Source: a virus
Taxonomy: Duplodnaviria > Caudoviricetes
Virus record (IMG/VR): IMGVR_UViG_3300033075_001817
Location: 853 to 64,852 of that record
DNA: 64,000 bases
Direction: 5' to 3' (one strand)
Positions 61,553-64,000 of this stretch are shown in pieces. The notes below the pieces were generated by a model that was given only the letters and a program-made list of their open reading frames with translations, was not told the origin of the DNA and made no database searches. Made by a program: the position numbers and the translations under genes. The first letter of the stretch is position 1. Each line of letters starts with the position of its first letter.

Positions 61553-63178
61553 CTACGCCTCGGCGCTCTCGTCCTCGCCGCCCCGCTTCGATCGCGTCTT
61601 CACGTTCCGCTTCGAGCGCGCCAGCTCCTTGCGGAGCTTCGAGAGGTTGATCTCGTAGGTCGCGAGGATGCCGCTCACCTGCGTGTCGGGAAGGCGCGCA
61701 TCGGTGAGCGCGGCGAACACGAGCACCTCGATGAGGAGCGCCGTGAGCTTGCCCCGGTCCATCTCGGACGCCGCGCGCACGATCGCCTCTCTCGGGCTCA
61801 CGTCGGCGCCGCTCGGCTCCTCGGTGGGGTAGCCGCGACGCTTCACCACCGCCGAGACGACGCTTGCGCCGGCGATGTCCGCGGCGATGACGACGAGGTG
61901 CTTGAGCGTCTTCTCGAAGCGCTCCTCGTCGCGCTCGGCCAGACCCTCCATCAGCGCCGCGACGGCAGCGGCATGGAGCTCCGCGTCCGCGGCCTTCCGT
62001 TCCTTCTCCCTCTTGCGCTCCTCCTTGTCGGCCAGCACGCCCGGGGGCGGCTCGCCGCGCAGCTCACGCGCGCGCTCGGGGTAGTTCTGCGCGATGTAGC
62101 CCGCGGCGTACTCGGCATCGAGCAGCATCACGAACCGATCGCCCGAGCGCGCCAGTGCGCACCGCGCCATGTCGTAGCCCTGGCCGTCGACGCTCGACTC
62201 GCCCAGCTCCCGCTCGAGCTCGCGCCAGGTCATCGGCGTCTCGTGCGAGATCGGCTCGGCCACATCGACCCAGCGCGCCCCGGGCCGGACGCGCGAGCCG
62301 TCGAGCACCATGAGCGCCTCGTGATCGGCGAGGACCGGCAGGTGCACCTTCTCCGCCTTCGCGACCCGATCCGACCACGCCACGTCGACCTTCTCTGCCC
62401 AGCACTGCGCCGAGAGGCAGAGCGCGGACGCGGGCGGCTCGTCGTACAAGCCCCGCTGCGCCGCCGTGTTGTCCGGGCAGCGCTCGCACGATCCGCGCGC
62501 GGTCAGATCGTCGCTCGCACGATCGAAGGGCGCATCGGCGAGGCGCCGCGTGAAGCGGTCGAGCGCCTGCTCCACCTGCGCCTGCGTGATCGGCCCCGAC
62601 GACCCATCGGCGCGGACCGCGGGGTAGAGGCGCGCGAGCTCCTCGGCCACCTCGTCCTGCACCGCGTCGAGCTGCGACGCGATGAGCTGCGCGCCGCCGA
62701 TCTTGATCCGCCCGGCCGCGAGCAGCGCGCGCACCGAGTCGGTCAGGTGCGCGAGGCGGCTGCGCGTCTGCACGTGCTCGACCGTCACGCCCAGCTTCGC
62801 CGCGACCTCCGCCGGCGTCATCCGGTAGTCGCGCATGAGCCGGTCGTAGCCGAGGCCCTGCTCGAGAGCGGTCAGGGGCTTGCGCGTCCCCGGATCGCCC
62901 GAGGCGAGCTGCGCGCGCAGGACCTCGGCGTCGCTCATCTCGCGCACCTCGGCGAGCAGCTCCGTCCATCCGAGCGACTCGGCCGCGAGCTTGCGGCGCG
63001 CGCCGTCGACGCACTCGTAGCGGCCCTTCTTCCTCGGGTGCGGGCGGAGCAGCACTTCGCGCTCCTGCCCGATCGCAGCGAGGCGCGAGGCCAGCTCGGA
63101 GATGTCGCCAAAGTCCGTGCGCGGCTGCGTGGGGCTCGGGTCGATGAGGGAGAGCGAGATCTTCTGGGTCGTCGTCAT
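61553..63178 (-). CDS. parB: ParB/RepB/Spo0J-family protein with C-terminal Cys cluster
   Basis: IDPSPTQPRTDF..ISELA, ECVDGARR (GxxR variant), LTALEQ, HTH EVAAKLGVTVEHV; SCERCP...CL...CW. Confidence 0.9.
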   Translation of the reverse strand: MTTTQKISLSLIDPSPTQPRTDFGDISELASRLAAIGQEREVLLRPHPRKKGRYECVDGARRKLAAESLGWTELLAEVREMSDAEVLRAQLASGDPGTRKPLTALEQGLGYDRLMRDYRMTPAEVAAKLGVTVEHVQTRSRLAHLTDSVRALLAAGRIKIGGAQLIASQLDAVQDEVAEELARLYPAVRADGSSGPITQAQVEQALDRFTRRLADAPFDRASDDLTARGSCERCPDNTAAQRGLYDEPPASALCLSAQCWAEKVDVAWSDRVAKAEKVHLPVLADHEALMVLDGSRVRPGARWVDVAEPISHETPMTWRELERELGESSVDGQGYDMARCALARSGDRFVMLLDAEYAAGYIAQNYPERARELRGEPPPGVLADKEERKREKERKAADAELHAAAVAALMEGLAERDEERFEKTLKHLVVIAADIAGASVVSAVVKRRGYPTEEPSGADVSPREAIVRAASEMDRGKLTALLIEVLVFAALTDARLPDTQVSGILATYEINLSKLRKELARSKRNVKTRSKRGGEDESAEA

Positions 63179-63193
63179 GGGCAGCTCCGGTGA

Positions 63194-63919
63194 TCAGGGG
63201 ACGAGGGCGAGCGAGTCCTGGACGCGCTCGTAGACGGTGAAGGCGCGAATGCGGTACCCACAGCCCTGTGTGACGCCGCGGACCGCGACGATGCGGCAGC
63301 CGGGCGGAGGGCTCGGAACGAGGAAGTGCAGGATGCCGATGCGCCCGCAGGGGCGAACGACGCGCGCAGCTTCGGCGAGCAGATGTGAGGGCCTCGGGTA
63401 CTCGGTTCCGTAGAGGTCGCGCGCGTACTCGACCGAGTAGGGAGGATCGATGAGCGCTCCGCGAAACGACGCGTCGGGCAGCGGCAACTTCCGTCCGTCG
63501 GCGACGACGTCTGGCGCGGCCGCGGGACGGATGTCGACGCGCAGGCCTCCGCGCACGTCCTCGCGCGTGAGCGCGCCGGAGCACACGTGCACGACCTCAA
63601 TAGGCGTCCGCTCGCACATGAGCAGCCGGAGCGCCCAGTCGATGAAGCGGACCGGGAAGGCACCGTAGACGGGCTCCGGAGAATGCATCGTCTCGACGTC
63701 GGCCCACACCGCAGGACGCTTCGGGCCGTCGCGATTCGGTCGCGTCTGTTCGTGATCGGCCGCGCGCTGGTGGTGCGGGTCGTTGGTGAGCACCTCCTTG
63801 TCGCGACGAGCAGCGCGGCCGCGCCGATCCTTCGGCGGCATTCCGCTCGCGAGCTTGTCCGGCGCCGTCTCGATGACGTCCTCGCGGTCAGACACGCGAC
63901 GCCTCGCGGGGAGGCGCAC
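63194..63919 (-). CDS. DNA amino-methyltransferase-like protein (start uncertain; frame open to window end)
   Basis: VHVCSG, VDI, DVVADG..LP, LIDPPY. Confidence 0.75.
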   Translation of the reverse strand: MRLPARRRVSDREDVIETAPDKLASGMPPKDRRGRAARRDKEVLTNDPHHQRAADHEQTRPNRDGPKRPAVWADVETMHSPEPVYGAFPVRFIDWALRLLMCERTPIEVVHVCSGALTREDVRGGLRVDIRPAAAPDVVADGRKLPLPDASFRGALIDPPYSVEYARDLYGTEYPRPSHLLAEAARVVRPCGRIGILHFLVPSPPPGCRIVAVRGVTQGCGYRIRAFTVYERVQDSLALVP

Positions 63920-63978
63920 CGAAGTGCGAGCGTCGTCGCGGCTCGCGGTCGTCGTGATGACGTCCTCGAGATCCGTGA

Positions 63979-63999
63979 GGGGGGGGGGGGGGGGGGGGG
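63979..63999 (+). repeat. G21 homopolymer at the window end
   Basis: Directly visible. Confidence 0.9.
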
Positions 64000-64000
64000 C

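Larger units (their letters stand above)
1..64000. mobile_element. Temperate phage genome (contractile Mu-like tail, tyrosine integrase), near-complete, unintegrated/circularly permuted
   Basis: Immunity, recombination, replication, packaging, head, tail, lysis and integration modules are all present. No host housekeeping genes. Minus-strand early genes lie at both window ends. Confidence 0.93.

Noticed and set aside
60941-63193. Long opposite-strand ORFs in the track (e.g. 750 aa here; 794 aa at 32271-34655; 807 aa at 43368-45791; 673 aa at 22490-24511)
   Set aside because: They are antisense shadows of well-supported genes, Arg/Ala-rich with no motifs, as expected at this GC.
1-64000. Integrated prophage with host flanks; alternative genetic code
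   Set aside because: attP is intact with phage genes on both sides and no host genes are present. Core genes read through without internal stops in the standard code.

Overview
The window is nearly one whole temperate tailed-phage genome. It is very GC-rich by eye and carries no host housekeeping genes. There are two divergent arms around an immunity switch at about 9.4-10.8 kb. The minus-strand early arm runs from 10456 to 1 and resumes from 64000 to 53287, so the genome looks circularly permuted with a gap at the window ends. That arm encodes a repressor, ImmA-like protease, DEDDh exonuclease, YqaJ/RecT recombination pair, DNA methyltransferases, ParB-like proteins, DUF5131, excisionase and a tyrosine integrase. 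The plus-strand arm (10558-53297) encodes Cro, a CII-like protein, a methyltransferase, RuvC-like resolvase, DnaB-like helicase, terminases, portal, scaffold, capsid, a Mu-like contractile tail, several fibre or appendage genes and a split lysis module. An intact attP-like site (tRNA-3'-end core plus four arm-type repeats) overlaps the 3' end of int, with phage genes on both sides, so this is the unintegrated form. A myxobacterial host is inferred from GC and codon style and the Mx8-like attP layout, but is not proven. The most unusual signal is a lysis-region membrane protein containing, in order, two TM helices, an internal type IV prepilin-peptidase motif (G|YALVE) and a lipobox (LHGC). Other notable items are tandem paralogous tail chaperones, a ~100-aa capsid insertion and an iteron-like array after the helicase. 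All calls come from motif recognition by eye; no database searches were run. Many starts were moved from the ORF track, whose long alternative-frame ORFs are mostly high-GC artefacts.
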